This document shows, piece after piece, positions 18,241 to 27,995 of a stretch of 64,000 nucleotides of DNA. Location: positions 320,001 through 384,000 of the forward strand of contig JBMFRB010000002.1 in assembly GCA_049968255.1 (NCBI GenBank), given 5' to 3'. Origin of the DNA: Candidatus Sumerlaeaceae bacterium (GTDB taxonomy: Bacteria > Sumerlaeota > Sumerlaeia > Sumerlaeales > Sumerlaeaceae). How positions within the stretch are numbered: the first letter of the stretch is position 1; each line of letters begins with the position of its first letter. The notes under the pieces are model-generated. The model had not been told where the DNA came from and ran no database searches. It saw only the letters and a program-made list of their open reading frames with translations. A program made the position numbers and the translations under genes.

Positions 18241-19535
18241 GATTCTGGTGCTGGCTGTTCTTCCGGATCGCTGTCACTGACACGAACCACTTTTGCACCG
18301 AGTGCGGCTAGTTTTTTCTCAATGGCTTCGTAGCCGCGATCAATGTGATAGACACGGTTTACAATAGTTGTTCCCTCCGCCGCCAGTCCTGCCAAGACAA
18401 GTGCGGCCGATGCGCGAAGGTCACTTGCCATGACTGGTGCGCCGCTCAATTTGGGAACGCCGATAATCGTAGCCATCCCATTGATAACCTGAATGTTTGC
18501 TCCCATGCGACTGAGTTCTGCCGCATGGAGAAATCGATCCACATAGATTGTCTCGCGGATGATGCTTGTGCCTGGAACCAGCGACAGAAGCGCCATGAAT
18601 TGCGCCTGCATGTCCGTAGGAAACCCTGGGTATGTCCAAGTTTGAATATTCGTGGGATTATAATTCTCGAAGGTGCCCCAAATGCGTGTCCCCTCGGTTG
18701 TCGTTTCTACGCGAGCGCCAATTTCGTGGAGCTTTGCAACTACCGCGTCCATATGGTCGAGGGGTGCATTCTCAATGACAATGTCACCACCAGTGATAGC
18801 AGCCGCAACCATGAAGGTCCCAGCCTCGATTCTATCTGCTACAATCGTGTGGGTGGTGCCACGAAGCGATTTTACCCCCTTGATTCGTAAAATTCGCTCG
18901 CCGCTGCCCTCAATTTGCGCGCCCATTTTGCGGAGAAACGCGATAAGCTCGCAGACCTCCGGCTCACGCGCCGCACCGTAAATTACTGTCTCACCTTCGG
19001 CAAGCACGGCTGACATGAGCACGTTGCAGGTGGCTCCTACGCTTGAGCCCGCAGCGCCCGACAGGCTGAATTCTGCCCCTCGTAGCTTTTCCGCGTGGGC
19101 GATTACGTAGCCGTGCTCCACACTGATTTTTGTTCCGAGCGCACTGAAGCCCTTGAGATGAAGGTCAATTGGGCGAGGGCCAATTGCACAGCCTCCGGGC
19201 ATCGAGACACTTGCTCTGCCGAGTTTGGCGATCATGGGACCCATCACGTACACCGAAGCGCGCATTTTGCGGACCATGTCGTACGGGGCTTCGTGTTTTT
19301 TAAAACCGCGAGGATCAATGACCATGACGTGGTCATGAAAAGTAACGTCGGCCCCAAGGTAGCGCAGGACATCAGCCATTGTGCGGGTGTCGCGAAGGTC
19401 TGGCACATTGTAGAGGGTTGTGGTGCTATCGCCGAGCAAGGCTGCAGCCATAAGCGGAAGAGTAGCGTTTTTCGAGCCACTTATGGAAACCCTTCCCCGT
19501 AATGGCACGCCACCCTCAATTACAAATTTGTCCAC
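18237..19535 (-). CDS. murA: UDP-N-acetylglucosamine 1-carboxyvinyltransferase
   Basis: SGSKNA, MRAS, PGGCAIGPRPIDLH (Cys115 equivalent), DRIEAGTF, PGFPTDMQ, DLRA and HIDRGYE. Start moved to GTG 19535 with RBS AAAGGTGG. Confidence 0.97.
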   Translation of the reverse strand: MDKFVIEGGVPLRGRVSISGSKNATLPLMAAALLGDSTTTLYNVPDLRDTRTMADVLRYLGADVTFHDHVMVIDPRGFKKHEAPYDMVRKMRASVYVMGPMIAKLGRASVSMPGGCAIGPRPIDLHLKGFSALGTKISVEHGYVIAHAEKLRGAEFSLSGAAGSSVGATCNVLMSAVLAEGETVIYGAAREPEVCELIAFLRKMGAQIEGSGERILRIKGVKSLRGTTHTIVADRIEAGTFMVAAAITGGDIVIENAPLDHMDAVVAKLHEIGARVETTTEGTRIWGTFENYNPTNIQTWTYPGFPTDMQAQFMALLSLVPGTSIIRETIYVDRFLHAAELSRMGANIQVINGMATIIGVPKLSGAPVMASDLRASAALVLAGLAAEGTTIVNRVYHIDRGYEAIEKKLAALGAKVVRVSDSDPEEQPAPES

Positions 19536-19584
19536 AAGCGAACCACCTTTCAGCAGAGTGGATCTGAAAAACTCGCGATTGTGC

Positions 19585-20007
19585 TCAGAAGGGCTTACTC
19601 TGTGGTGATTCGATTTTTGGCATGTGTGCGATGCATTCGATTTCGATGAGAACGTTCTTCGGCAGACGCGACACTTCAACCGTGGCTCTCGCTGGCGGCA
19701 ATACGGGGAAGAACTTGGCATACACTTCGTTCATCTTGGGAAAATCATCCATGTTTTTAAGATAAACAGTGGTTTTTACGATTTGAAAAAGGCCGCTACC
19801 GGCAGCTTCGAGTAAACCTTGCAAGTTCTTGAGCACCCGCTCGGTTTGTGTCTCGATATCAGTTCCAACAACTTCTCCTGTTTTGGGATCAACCGGGATT
19901 TGACCACTACAGAAAATGAAATCAGCGCATTTGATAGCCTGTGAGTAGGGCCCAATTGCCGCAGGAGCGAGTGGACTAACGACAGGAACCTTGTCTTGCG
20001 AGATCAT
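19585..20007 (-). CDS. ridA: RidA family reactive intermediate/imine deaminase
   Basis: [22 protein letters not shown] and [12 protein letters not shown]...LIEIE. Confidence 0.93.
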   Translation of the reverse strand: MISQDKVPVVSPLAPAAIGPYSQAIKCADFIFCSGQIPVDPKTGEVVGTDIETQTERVLKNLQGLLEAAGSGLFQIVKTTVYLKNMDDFPKMNEVYAKFFPVLPPARATVEVSRLPKNVLIEIECIAHMPKIESPQSKPF

Positions 20008-20050
20008 TTTTCAGATCCTCCTTATAAAATTGTCTTCCCTGCAAGTGCGC

Positions 20051-20524
20051 TTATCCGCGCGCCAAAGCGATTCTTCCTGTACGCACCAACTCCAGGATGC
20101 CGTACGGTTTGAGCAAGTCAATCAAAGCGGCGATTTTTGCGCCGCTGCCTACTGCCTCAAGTGTGAGCGAACCGTGCTGAACGTCCACCACCTTACTCCG
20201 AAAAATGTCAGCGATTTCGATGACTTCGCGCCGGTTCTTAGCCGTCGTGGCAATTTTCAAAAGCACCAGCTCGCGCTCGATGTGCATTTCTTGCGATAGA
20301 TCCACTGCTCGAATAACGCTCACCTGGCGATTGAGTTGCTTGAGGATTTGCTCAACGACGCGGTCATCCCCATGGACAACAATGGTCATGCGAGACACCG
20401 AAGGATCTTCGGTCTCGCCAACGGCGAGACTATCAATGTTGAAGCCGCGCCCCGAGAACATTCCTGCGATATGGGCGAGCACACCAAATTTGTTTTCGAC
20501 AAGGACGGAAATCACGTGTTCCAT
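20051..20524 (-). CDS. ilvN: Acetolactate synthase small (regulatory) subunit
   Basis: VLVENKFGVL...GMFSGRGFNIDSL.V, SRMTI, QILKQLN, RELVLLK and ELVRTG. Confidence 0.95.
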   Translation of the reverse strand: MEHVISVLVENKFGVLAHIAGMFSGRGFNIDSLAVGETEDPSVSRMTIVVHGDDRVVEQILKQLNRQVSVIRAVDLSQEMHIERELVLLKIATTAKNRREVIEIADIFRSKVVDVQHGSLTLEAVGSGAKIAALIDLLKPYGILELVRTGRIALARG

Positions 20525-20592
20525 GTTTTTTCACCTTTTGCGATTGCAACCGAAAGCATGATTACCATCGGGTGAAGGGCAAAGAAGCGTCA

Positions 20593-22872
20593 ATGAAAAG
20601 AAAGCAGCGAACGCGCAGTCTCTTGTTTCCTCAAGCACTGGAGCAGCGGGGCATCATGGGACTTTTGATTGTCGGTTGCGCACTTGCTTTCATTTACGCT
20701 CCATTGCTCGATCCCTCCCGTTTTATCAGTGGAATGGACTTTTTGAACCTCGTCTATCCTCAGGTCGCCTATGCACGACAAGTTCTGGTGAGCGGTACAG
20801 TCCCTCTCTGGAACTGGTATACGTGGGGAGGGTCACCACTTCTTGCCGCTTGGCAGAGTGCAATCTTTTACCCGCCAACCTGGCTCTGCATGGCAATTGG
20901 ACTTCCCTATGGCTTACAGCTCTCCATTTTTGCTCACCTTGTGTTGGCCGCCTGGGGGGCAAAACGCTTTGCCGAGAATATGTTTGGCGCCGGAAGCCTC
21001 GGCTCGCTTTACGCGGGTCTTGTCTATGCGGGCAGCGCTTTTTTCTTGGGGCACATCGAACAGGTCAACTCAGTGGCTACGCTGGCATGGACGCCTTGGG
21101 CACTCGACGCTTTGTTTCGCACCATCGCAAACCGTCGTGGATATCTCCAGCTAGCAGTTGCAGTCCTCATGGGATTTCTTGCGGGCCATCCTCAGCATCT
21201 GCAGCTCGCCCTTTTCTTTGGCGTCGTCGGCGGAGCGAGTTTTCTGCTCCTTTCAAGAATCAAGCCGTGCACTCACCTTTTCCTTCCCGGGCGTGCGATT
21301 TGGTCGAACGCGTGTTTAGCAGGAGCTGCGGTGGGCCTTGGAATTGTTGCCAGTGCTCCGCAATTATTCCCGTCCTTAGAACTTGCTGCCTGGTCGGAAC
21401 GCGTTTGGCCTTTCGACGACCCATTCACCCCGCATTTCCGCTGGCGCCACTTGCTTGCTTTCGTAGTTCCGAGGTTTTTCAATAAACTCGCTGGGACAGA
21501 GGGTCAACCTGTGGGGTTTACGGAGGAGGGGGTCTACTGTGGAATCTTGTCGCTGCTACTTTGCGGCGTCTATGTCTGTCTGGCACGGCGCCACACGCTC
21601 CTTGCCCGATCATTCCCGATTTGGTTGCTGATGGTTGTGGGGGCTTTTCTGTTTTCGCTCGGTCCTGAAGGCGGCCTCGCCCCTATCGTTTGCCACACAA
21701 TTCCCGGCTTCGCTAAGCTCCGGGGCTCGGCACGCGCTCTGAATGTCGTGGTGTTGCTGCTCGGTTGTGGCGCGGGCACTGGCTTTTCGATCCTTGCACG
21801 GCGGTTTTCTGACGGAGCGCGTTTTTCCCTTTTCCTTGGAGCTATGGCTTGCACCACAGCGGAGCTCGCCTGGACGCACCAACCAGAGTTAGCCTCGCTC
21901 TTTGTGTCGAGAGAGGTACTCACTGCGGATAAACCGCGTTTTGGCGAGGTAAAACCTTCCCTATGGTCGCCGCGCCGCGTTTATCGGTTTATGGCTCACG
22001 ACAGTGATCTTTACCTTGATCATCGTGCAACGGCAGTTTCAGAGCGGTTCGTGCGAATGCAGCCAAACCTTAATATGATCACAGGCGTTGCTGTGATTGA
22101 CGGTTACGAAGAGGGATTATTGCCGCCTTGGCCCTATGGCAATTTTCTCCGAAAGTTTAATCGCAATCTTCGCAATGAGACGCTCGACGCCACTTTGCTT
22201 GCTCTCATGGGCGTTGAATATGTCATCTCGGAATATCCGGCAAAATTTGACAACGACCGCTGGGAGCTCAAGCAACGATGGACAGACCGTGCACCAATGG
22301 GAAGCGTTTACACTTTATGGAAAACTCGTGTTCCGACGGCATGGTTTTACGACTGGAAAACACTTGTTACAGCCAATGATGTGGCTTCCAAGGGAGAGCA
22401 ACATCCACTTCGCGACATCCTGTCCGACGAGCGGACGGCCAATGGGCAACCTCAGCGAACACCCCCCGGTCGACTGCTTGTCGAACACCCATTGTCCAAG
22501 TATTCATCTTCAAGTTTTGCATTGGCTGCACGGCAAGCCTCACTAAGAGTCCGCGCGATTGCGCCAAACTCCCTTCTGCTGGAGGTGCGGGACACACATT
22601 CTTCCAGCACGCGCGTGATTTATAGTGGGGTGCTCTGTCCTGGCTGGAAATGGTGCCTTTGCAAACATCAGCTTGTGCCAGTCGTTTACAGTGGAGCATT
22701 TCGGCCCTTTTCCCTTGTCGAGCTTCCTCCTATTGAAAACAGGCAGAACCTTCGCCTGTGCTACGCCCCGTTTTCCTACCGGTTCGGATGTTTCTCAGGG
22801 CTCGCTGGTGTGCTGGTCATGGTGATTGTTGCATTGAGTGTCCGCCTGAAAAGGGAACTAGTCCAGTGTTGA
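20593..22872 (+). CDS. YfhO-like polytopic membrane protein (second paralog)
   Basis: PLWN.Y..GG.P.LA..Q...FYPP, AGHPQ and many TM helices, then DGY, PGW, Y.P.S...G and a C-terminal TM. Start uncertain (20572/20593). Confidence 0.75.
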   Translation: MKRKQRTRSLLFPQALEQRGIMGLLIVGCALAFIYAPLLDPSRFISGMDFLNLVYPQVAYARQVLVSGTVPLWNWYTWGGSPLLAAWQSAIFYPPTWLCMAIGLPYGLQLSIFAHLVLAAWGAKRFAENMFGAGSLGSLYAGLVYAGSAFFLGHIEQVNSVATLAWTPWALDALFRTIANRRGYLQLAVAVLMGFLAGHPQHLQLALFFGVVGGASFLLLSRIKPCTHLFLPGRAIWSNACLAGAAVGLGIVASAPQLFPSLELAAWSERVWPFDDPFTPHFRWRHLLAFVVPRFFNKLAGTEGQPVGFTEEGVYCGILSLLLCGVYVCLARRHTLLARSFPIWLLMVVGAFLFSLGPEGGLAPIVCHTIPGFAKLRGSARALNVVVLLLGCGAGTGFSILARRFSDGARFSLFLGAMACTTAELAWTHQPELASLFVSREVLTADKPRFGEVKPSLWSPRRVYRFMAHDSDLYLDHRATAVSERFVRMQPNLNMITGVAVIDGYEEGLLPPWPYGNFLRKFNRNLRNETLDATLLALMGVEYVISEYPAKFDNDRWELKQRWTDRAPMGSVYTLWKTRVPTAWFYDWKTLVTANDVASKGEQHPLRDILSDERTANGQPQRTPPGRLLVEHPLSKYSSSSFALAARQASLRVRAIAPNSLLLEVRDTHSSSTRVIYSGVLCPGWKWCLCKHQLVPVVYSGAFRPFSLVELPPIENRQNLRLCYAPFSYRFGCFSGLAGVLVMVIVALSVRLKRELVQC

Positions 22873-22904
22873 CGTCACAAATGTCATTTGAGTAGGGGGA
22901 AAAC

Positions 22905-23306
22905 ATGGCCGGTCAGACAAATCGCCGATATCCGCGAGTTCCCGTGCAATTGACGGGAACCCTCTGTATTTTGATTCCTGAAGAAACTTTTCAACCCATC
23001 GTCCACGATGTTCGTGTGTGCGATCTTAGCGAGCGTGGCGCGATGGTCGAATTTACTGCGCATGAAAGCACAATAAAGGCGTTATTACGTTCCACGCGTT
23101 ATTGCCGCTTGAGTTTTCATGGTTCCCCTGAGCTGCCGGAAAAAATCATTGGAAAGGCGGTCTGGGTTCAGCCCATTGGTTCCGGCGAGCATGTGCTGTG
23201 CCGGATTGGACTTTTCTTTGAGCAGTCCCCCGATGAGGCAGTGTCACAATTGAGGGCGTATATCGAAAAGCGTTTACGTGAGTTAGTTGACACAGATAAA
23301 CGCTGA
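22905..23306 (+). CDS. Stand-alone PilZ domain protein
   Basis: RxxxR (RRYPR) and DxSxxG (DLSERG) c-di-GMP motifs, plus GKAVW and IGLFF. RBS AGGGGG. Confidence 0.85.
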   Translation: MAGQTNRRYPRVPVQLTGTLCILIPEETFQPIVHDVRVCDLSERGAMVEFTAHESTIKALLRSTRYCRLSFHGSPELPEKIIGKAVWVQPIGSGEHVLCRIGLFFEQSPDEAVSQLRAYIEKRLRELVDTDKR

Positions 23307-23359
23307 ACCTCAGCTTCTTCGGAAATTAGCGAATAACCAAGCATGCGAGGAGCAAGGCC

Positions 23360-24763
23360 GTGTGGTTCGATAAAAAGAGCTGGCGCCTACGTCGAAAAAT
23401 CAAAGACCTTCAAGCGGATTTGCGCGCTGCGGAAAAAGAGGGACGCTACGTGCTTGAAGATGGTCTTTTTTTTGCCGAGCTCGAGGACATGGGCGAAATG
23501 ACCATGCTTGTCTTCGGGACGACAGATGTCCTCTCTGCTCAAGAGGAAACCGTCACTCGAAGCTTCTTTGAGCGCAACGGCTTTACGGTTCACCGTCTGA
23601 AAATTGACAAAAGCCAAAGTCATCTTGCAGAAGTAGAGATCATTCCCCCATCGGAGATGGTGCGCTATGTGGCCCGCCGGCTGAAATCCCAAGGCTATAA
23701 GGTTTTAGACGATTCCGCGAAAGAAACTCCAAGCGAGCTTGATAAACGGATTATTACTCTAAGCGGTCTGGTACGCGCGCTGGTCATTCTCTTTTGCGAA
23801 CGCGTCCAGAGGACAATTGCCTCGACGAGGATCAAAATGAACAAGGAGGGCAACCGCCTGCTCCATTGGATGCCTAGAATCGCCGAGACACTCCACAGGA
23901 AAACCTCAAGCGATCTCGTGTCGCTCTTGAAGCCGCTTTTCGAGGACGCATATGCGGAATTTTATGGACACCTTGCGGAGAGCACATCGCCTCGCTCGGT
24001 AGCAGAGCCCGCTTTGCCAGCCGACCGCATTCCCGCTATACAATTTCCAGCGGAACAACCCCCACTCGCTTCCAAGTCGTCAATGGAATCGGTGAAATTT
24101 CCTGCCGCTATCCCTCTGCAGGAACCCAAAACGGCACCTGCTCCACCGCCGACAGGTGATCGAGTAATGGTCCCCGGTGAGCAGCCGGCTGCAGACATGG
24201 TCAGAGCAGCGCCACCCAAGGCAGTTTCAGATAGTGATCGCATAGAGATCGAGCGGCTTCTCAAGGAGGTCGAGGCGTCGGAGAGCGTCGCCCGTATGTA
24301 TCGGAAGTTGGTACGCGCTCAATCTAGCCGCTGCGTGCGAAATGCACAAGCGCTCCTTGAGGAGGTCAACCGACTCTTCGGCGCGACGGCTTCCTGTCTC
24401 CTTGTGAAAGTGCCCCATGCGCATGGCGTTACGATTCATGCTCAGGCCGGCAAGCCCCTCATTTGGGGGCAAGGTGGCAGAGAAGGTTTTCCTGTGTCCA
24501 CTTCAGTCGTTGCTGAAGTGGTCAAGACAAAGAAGGCTGCCAAAGCTGATCAGGGATCGTCTCCGGCCTCAGAAAGCATGATTTTGCACAGTATCGAGGC
24601 CGTGGCAGCAGCTCCAGTGTTCTTCAACGGCGAAATTGTGGCGATAGTGTATGTGGACCGTCGCGAGGGGCTTTGCCCTTTCGATCTCAACGATATGCGC
24701 GCATTGGAAAGGGTAGCTAAAGTTTTCGAAGAATTTCCCGATTTGACACTCGGGCTCGTGTGA
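23360..24763 (+). CDS. Hypothetical protein with Pro-rich linker and C-terminal GAF domain
   Basis: The C-terminus (S.SVV.EV...SESM....I..V.AAPV...GEIVAIVYVD....F...D) is GAF-like. The N-terminal domain is unrecognised. RBS GAGGAG. Confidence 0.65.
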   Translation: MWFDKKSWRLRRKIKDLQADLRAAEKEGRYVLEDGLFFAELEDMGEMTMLVFGTTDVLSAQEETVTRSFFERNGFTVHRLKIDKSQSHLAEVEIIPPSEMVRYVARRLKSQGYKVLDDSAKETPSELDKRIITLSGLVRALVILFCERVQRTIASTRIKMNKEGNRLLHWMPRIAETLHRKTSSDLVSLLKPLFEDAYAEFYGHLAESTSPRSVAEPALPADRIPAIQFPAEQPPLASKSSMESVKFPAAIPLQEPKTAPAPPPTGDRVMVPGEQPAADMVRAAPPKAVSDSDRIEIERLLKEVEASESVARMYRKLVRAQSSRCVRNAQALLEEVNRLFGATASCLLVKVPHAHGVTIHAQAGKPLIWGQGGREGFPVSTSVVAEVVKTKKAAKADQGSSPASESMILHSIEAVAAAPVFFNGEIVAIVYVDRREGLCPFDLNDMRALERVAKVFEEFPDLTLGLV

Positions 24764-24777
24764 AGGAGTGAGATTCT

Positions 24778-26358
24778 GTGCTCTGGTTAGAATCTCCCGC
24801 ACAACGAGGGCAGATGCAGGGTGAAAGACATAGCTTGAAAGAATCCCCGCTCGTGCCGTTGAGCCTCACGTACCTCGTTTTTTGGTTGCTCACTGCGGTC
24901 GGATATTCGCGGCCTGTTCAGTTTCGACAAGTTTCTGTTCCCGTTCAGTCGCTGAATCCGAAGATGGCTGTACATCCTGTGGATCTATGGGGCGACGAAA
25001 AACTAGAGTTCGTCGTCGTGTCGCCGAGTGGCAGTCTAGATGTTTTTGGATGGGACGGAGACAAGCTGAAATCTGAACAACGGATCAATTTCCCGACAGA
25101 GGATAATGGTCCGACGTATTATAGTTTTGCTCGGCTGATCCGTGGTGGAAAGTATTCCCTAATCCTACTCAGAGCAAATGGCTTGTACGTGTGGCCAGTG
25201 ACCGAGGAGCACTTCGACACATCACCGAAAAAACTTCTCGACATCTCACTGCCTAAGACCAACACAGCAGGTGAAACTTGCGAGTATTTTGAAATGGCTT
25301 ATGATCTTGATGGCGACGGCATTGACGAGTTGATTCTCCCTCAGGCTGAGCGCTTCACCCTTTACCATGCGCGGGAGCCGCTCCATTATGTTTCGGTTTC
25401 GCTTCCTCGCGATCCCTTTAAGTCCACATCAACATTTCAGTTTCGCCGACAACTTCCGGATGACCCTGTACGTGTGCCAAGTATCAGCGGCTCGGTGCTG
25501 CGGCGCCGGGGGGTAGATGATCTCGTATTCTTCGATGCCAATGGCGACGCAAAAGAGGATCTCGTCTTCACAAGCATTGTGCACGCTCCTAAAAGTCGAG
25601 AGATTGAGCGGTACGAGATATTTTTTCAGAAAAGCGGCCTGACTTTCGGAGTTGTCCCAGACCAAGTCATAGAGATTCCCTACGATGAGCGCTCCTACGT
25701 TACTTTTCGGGATTTCGACCGGGATGGCCGCTGCGAAGCGTTCACAGTGGCAAGCAACTACGACATTGTTGCCCCCCGCACCATCATTCGGATTCTTGGT
25801 GGCGATGCTAAGCGCACAACGTCGTCGAAGGAGCGTTTTCGTTTGGTCACAAAAGACCCTATCGGCCTTGTGAAACTCGGCGACTTCAATCGCGACGGTG
25901 TAGAAGATTTCGCCTGCACCTTTTTCAGCTATCAGTTCGGTTCGACGGAGGACATCGCCAGCATCGTCGCAGCTAACCGTGTGCGTTTTCGCCTTCAATT
26001 TTTCCTTGGCCAGACCGGAAAACTTTTTGCGCGCCAACCGAGTTATGAGTTTGAGCTCAATTTGAGTCTAAAACCTGAATCATATGGTTCCTATCCTCCA
26101 TTTTACCTCGTGCCCGACATGAACGGCGACGGTATTGTGGACCTTGTGGCACGAGCCGATGAAACGCGCGTTGCCGTCTACTTTTCCGAGGCGAAATTTG
26201 CTTATCCGCGCCAACCGACCGTCTCACTTCTCGTACCTCCCGATGCAGCGCTGAGTTTTGCTGACTGCAATGGCGATGGGCTTGATGACCTTATCGTGAC
26301 GAGCATCCAAAAACAGAGCGTGAGTATCTACCTCGCTCCGCCGAGGAGAGAAAAGTGA
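24778..26358 (+). CDS. Secreted FG-GAP/VCBS-repeat (beta-propeller, Ca-binding) protein
   Basis: Repeated D-x-[N/D]-[G/R]-D-G motifs (DLDGDGIDEL, DFDRDGRCE, DFNRDGVEDF, DMNGDGIVDL, DCNGDGLDDL) and an N-terminal hydrophobic segment. Confidence 0.82.
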   Translation: MLWLESPAQRGQMQGERHSLKESPLVPLSLTYLVFWLLTAVGYSRPVQFRQVSVPVQSLNPKMAVHPVDLWGDEKLEFVVVSPSGSLDVFGWDGDKLKSEQRINFPTEDNGPTYYSFARLIRGGKYSLILLRANGLYVWPVTEEHFDTSPKKLLDISLPKTNTAGETCEYFEMAYDLDGDGIDELILPQAERFTLYHAREPLHYVSVSLPRDPFKSTSTFQFRRQLPDDPVRVPSISGSVLRRRGVDDLVFFDANGDAKEDLVFTSIVHAPKSREIERYEIFFQKSGLTFGVVPDQVIEIPYDERSYVTFRDFDRDGRCEAFTVASNYDIVAPRTIIRILGGDAKRTTSSKERFRLVTKDPIGLVKLGDFNRDGVEDFACTFFSYQFGSTEDIASIVAANRVRFRLQFFLGQTGKLFARQPSYEFELNLSLKPESYGSYPPFYLVPDMNGDGIVDLVARADETRVAVYFSEAKFAYPRQPTVSLLVPPDAALSFADCNGDGLDDLIVTSIQKQSVSIYLAPPRREK

Positions 26359-26361
26359 GTC

Positions 26362-27981
26362 ATGGCAGGAGAATCCACGCCATCGCTGGATGACATGCTC
26401 GCCATCGCGCAAGAGATGCCGCTCGGAGAGCGGGTTGGCCGTGTTTTCATGTTTCATTTGCGAAATTTGGTTCATGCGGAAAATCTCTTGCGGCTCAAGC
26501 CAGCTGGTTTTGTGCGAATTTATTCTGATGCACTTACCGCGGTGCGCCAACATGCCCAACTTCAGAGTCACGCTGGCTACCCACTCTTGCTTGCAGCCGA
26601 CTTCGAGAAGGGCGTGGCCCCAGTGGTCAGTGGGGCGACCGAATACGGACCAGCTATGGCACTCGCTGCAGCAGGGGAAGAGCAGCTCACTTATGCCATT
26701 GCCCGCGCCATTGCAGCGGAAGCCAGCGCCATTGGGATCAACTGGAATCTCATGCCGACGCTGGATGTCAACACTGAGCCTCGTAACCCCATCATCAATG
26801 TGCGTGCATTTTCCGATGACCCGCTTACGGTCGTCGAACACGGACGTGCTTTCATAAAAGGCTCTCACGACAATGGGGTCTTGGTTTGCCCAAAACATTT
26901 TCCAGGTCACGGCTCCACTGCGACCGATTCGCATGCCACTCTTCCTGTCATCACCCTGCCTGAGGCGGAGTTGCGAAAAACGCATATCTCGCCTTTTGCG
27001 GAGCTTATTCGCACAGAACACGTTGAAGCCGTGATGGTGGGGCATTTGGTGTGTCCCGCACTTGATCCATCTAGACTTCCAGCAACTTTTTCGCAGCGGC
27101 TCATCGAACAAATGCTCCGAGAAGAATTGGAATTCGATGGTGTGGTGGTGAGCGATGCCCTTGATATGGGAGCATTGACTCGTTGTTTCTCCACGGAAGA
27201 GATCGTTGTGCGCGCCTTTACTGCCGGATGTGATCTCCTGCTGATGCCCGCGGATCCTTGGGCTGCTTATGAAGCTTTATTGCGCGCGGTCCAAGATGGG
27301 ACAATATCCGAGGAACGCCTGAATTTAGCCGTGGCCCGAGTTCTGCGCCTTGCCACGTACGTCGAGACTAGGAACAAGAACGTAGTAAGGCCAGACGACA
27401 CGCTCGGTGTTGTGGGGAACGTCGCCCACATAGGTTTGGCGGAAAAACTCGGTAGAGCATGCATCACTGTCATCCGTGGTGTCTCGGGTAACTGCCCGGT
27501 TTCAAAGACAAAACACGTGGCGGTTATAAGCTTTTCGACCACACATGACGGTCTTTTTGAATACCTTGCACCCAAGGAGTTTGGAGACTACTGCGAAGCG
27601 CTGCACCCACTCTGCAGGAGCTTCTACTGTGGGAAGCTCGGGCAAGAGCGTTATGATATCCCCGACGCAGTTGGCTACGCGCTTGAGTTATGTGCTGGAG
27701 CCGACATGATCGTCCTTGGCATTTATGCTCGTATCGTGGTCGCAAGTGGCCATATTGGCTTCGCCCCACAGGAGCTCGAGTTTCTCGCGCGCGTTTTGTC
27801 CCTCGGAAAACCAGTGATCGTTGTTTTGTTTGCCCCCCCTTGCCTAGCGCTGGATTTGCCATCGGAAATCAGCAATGTCATTTGTGCATTTGGTTCCGGG
27901 TGGGCACTTCAAAAAGCAGCAGCTGCTGCGGTTTTTGGGCGGATTCCCTTTCAGGGGAAATTGCCAATACGTCTCGAGTAG
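26362..27981 (+). CDS. nagZ: GH3 beta-N-acetylhexosaminidase (NagZ-like, two-domain)
   Basis: ADFE.G, NPIINVRAF, KHFPGHG....DSH (catalytic Asp-His dyad) and SDALDM, plus a C-terminal GH3_C domain ending G.LP. Confidence 0.85.
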   Translation: MAGESTPSLDDMLAIAQEMPLGERVGRVFMFHLRNLVHAENLLRLKPAGFVRIYSDALTAVRQHAQLQSHAGYPLLLAADFEKGVAPVVSGATEYGPAMALAAAGEEQLTYAIARAIAAEASAIGINWNLMPTLDVNTEPRNPIINVRAFSDDPLTVVEHGRAFIKGSHDNGVLVCPKHFPGHGSTATDSHATLPVITLPEAELRKTHISPFAELIRTEHVEAVMVGHLVCPALDPSRLPATFSQRLIEQMLREELEFDGVVVSDALDMGALTRCFSTEEIVVRAFTAGCDLLLMPADPWAAYEALLRAVQDGTISEERLNLAVARVLRLATYVETRNKNVVRPDDTLGVVGNVAHIGLAEKLGRACITVIRGVSGNCPVSKTKHVAVISFSTTHDGLFEYLAPKEFGDYCEALHPLCRSFYCGKLGQERYDIPDAVGYALELCAGADMIVLGIYARIVVASGHIGFAPQELEFLARVLSLGKPVIVVLFAPPCLALDLPSEISNVICAFGSGWALQKAAAAAVFGRIPFQGKLPIRLE

Positions 27982-27995
27982 GAGATTCCAAGCGC

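Noticed and set aside
19536-19721. Cys-rich N-terminal extension of MurA
   Set aside because: It overlaps ridA. A good RBS precedes GTG 19535, where MurA homology starts.
27690-27995. Long N-terminal part of the 240-aa ORF
   Set aside because: It lies inside the GH3 gene. The RBS supports ATG 27996.
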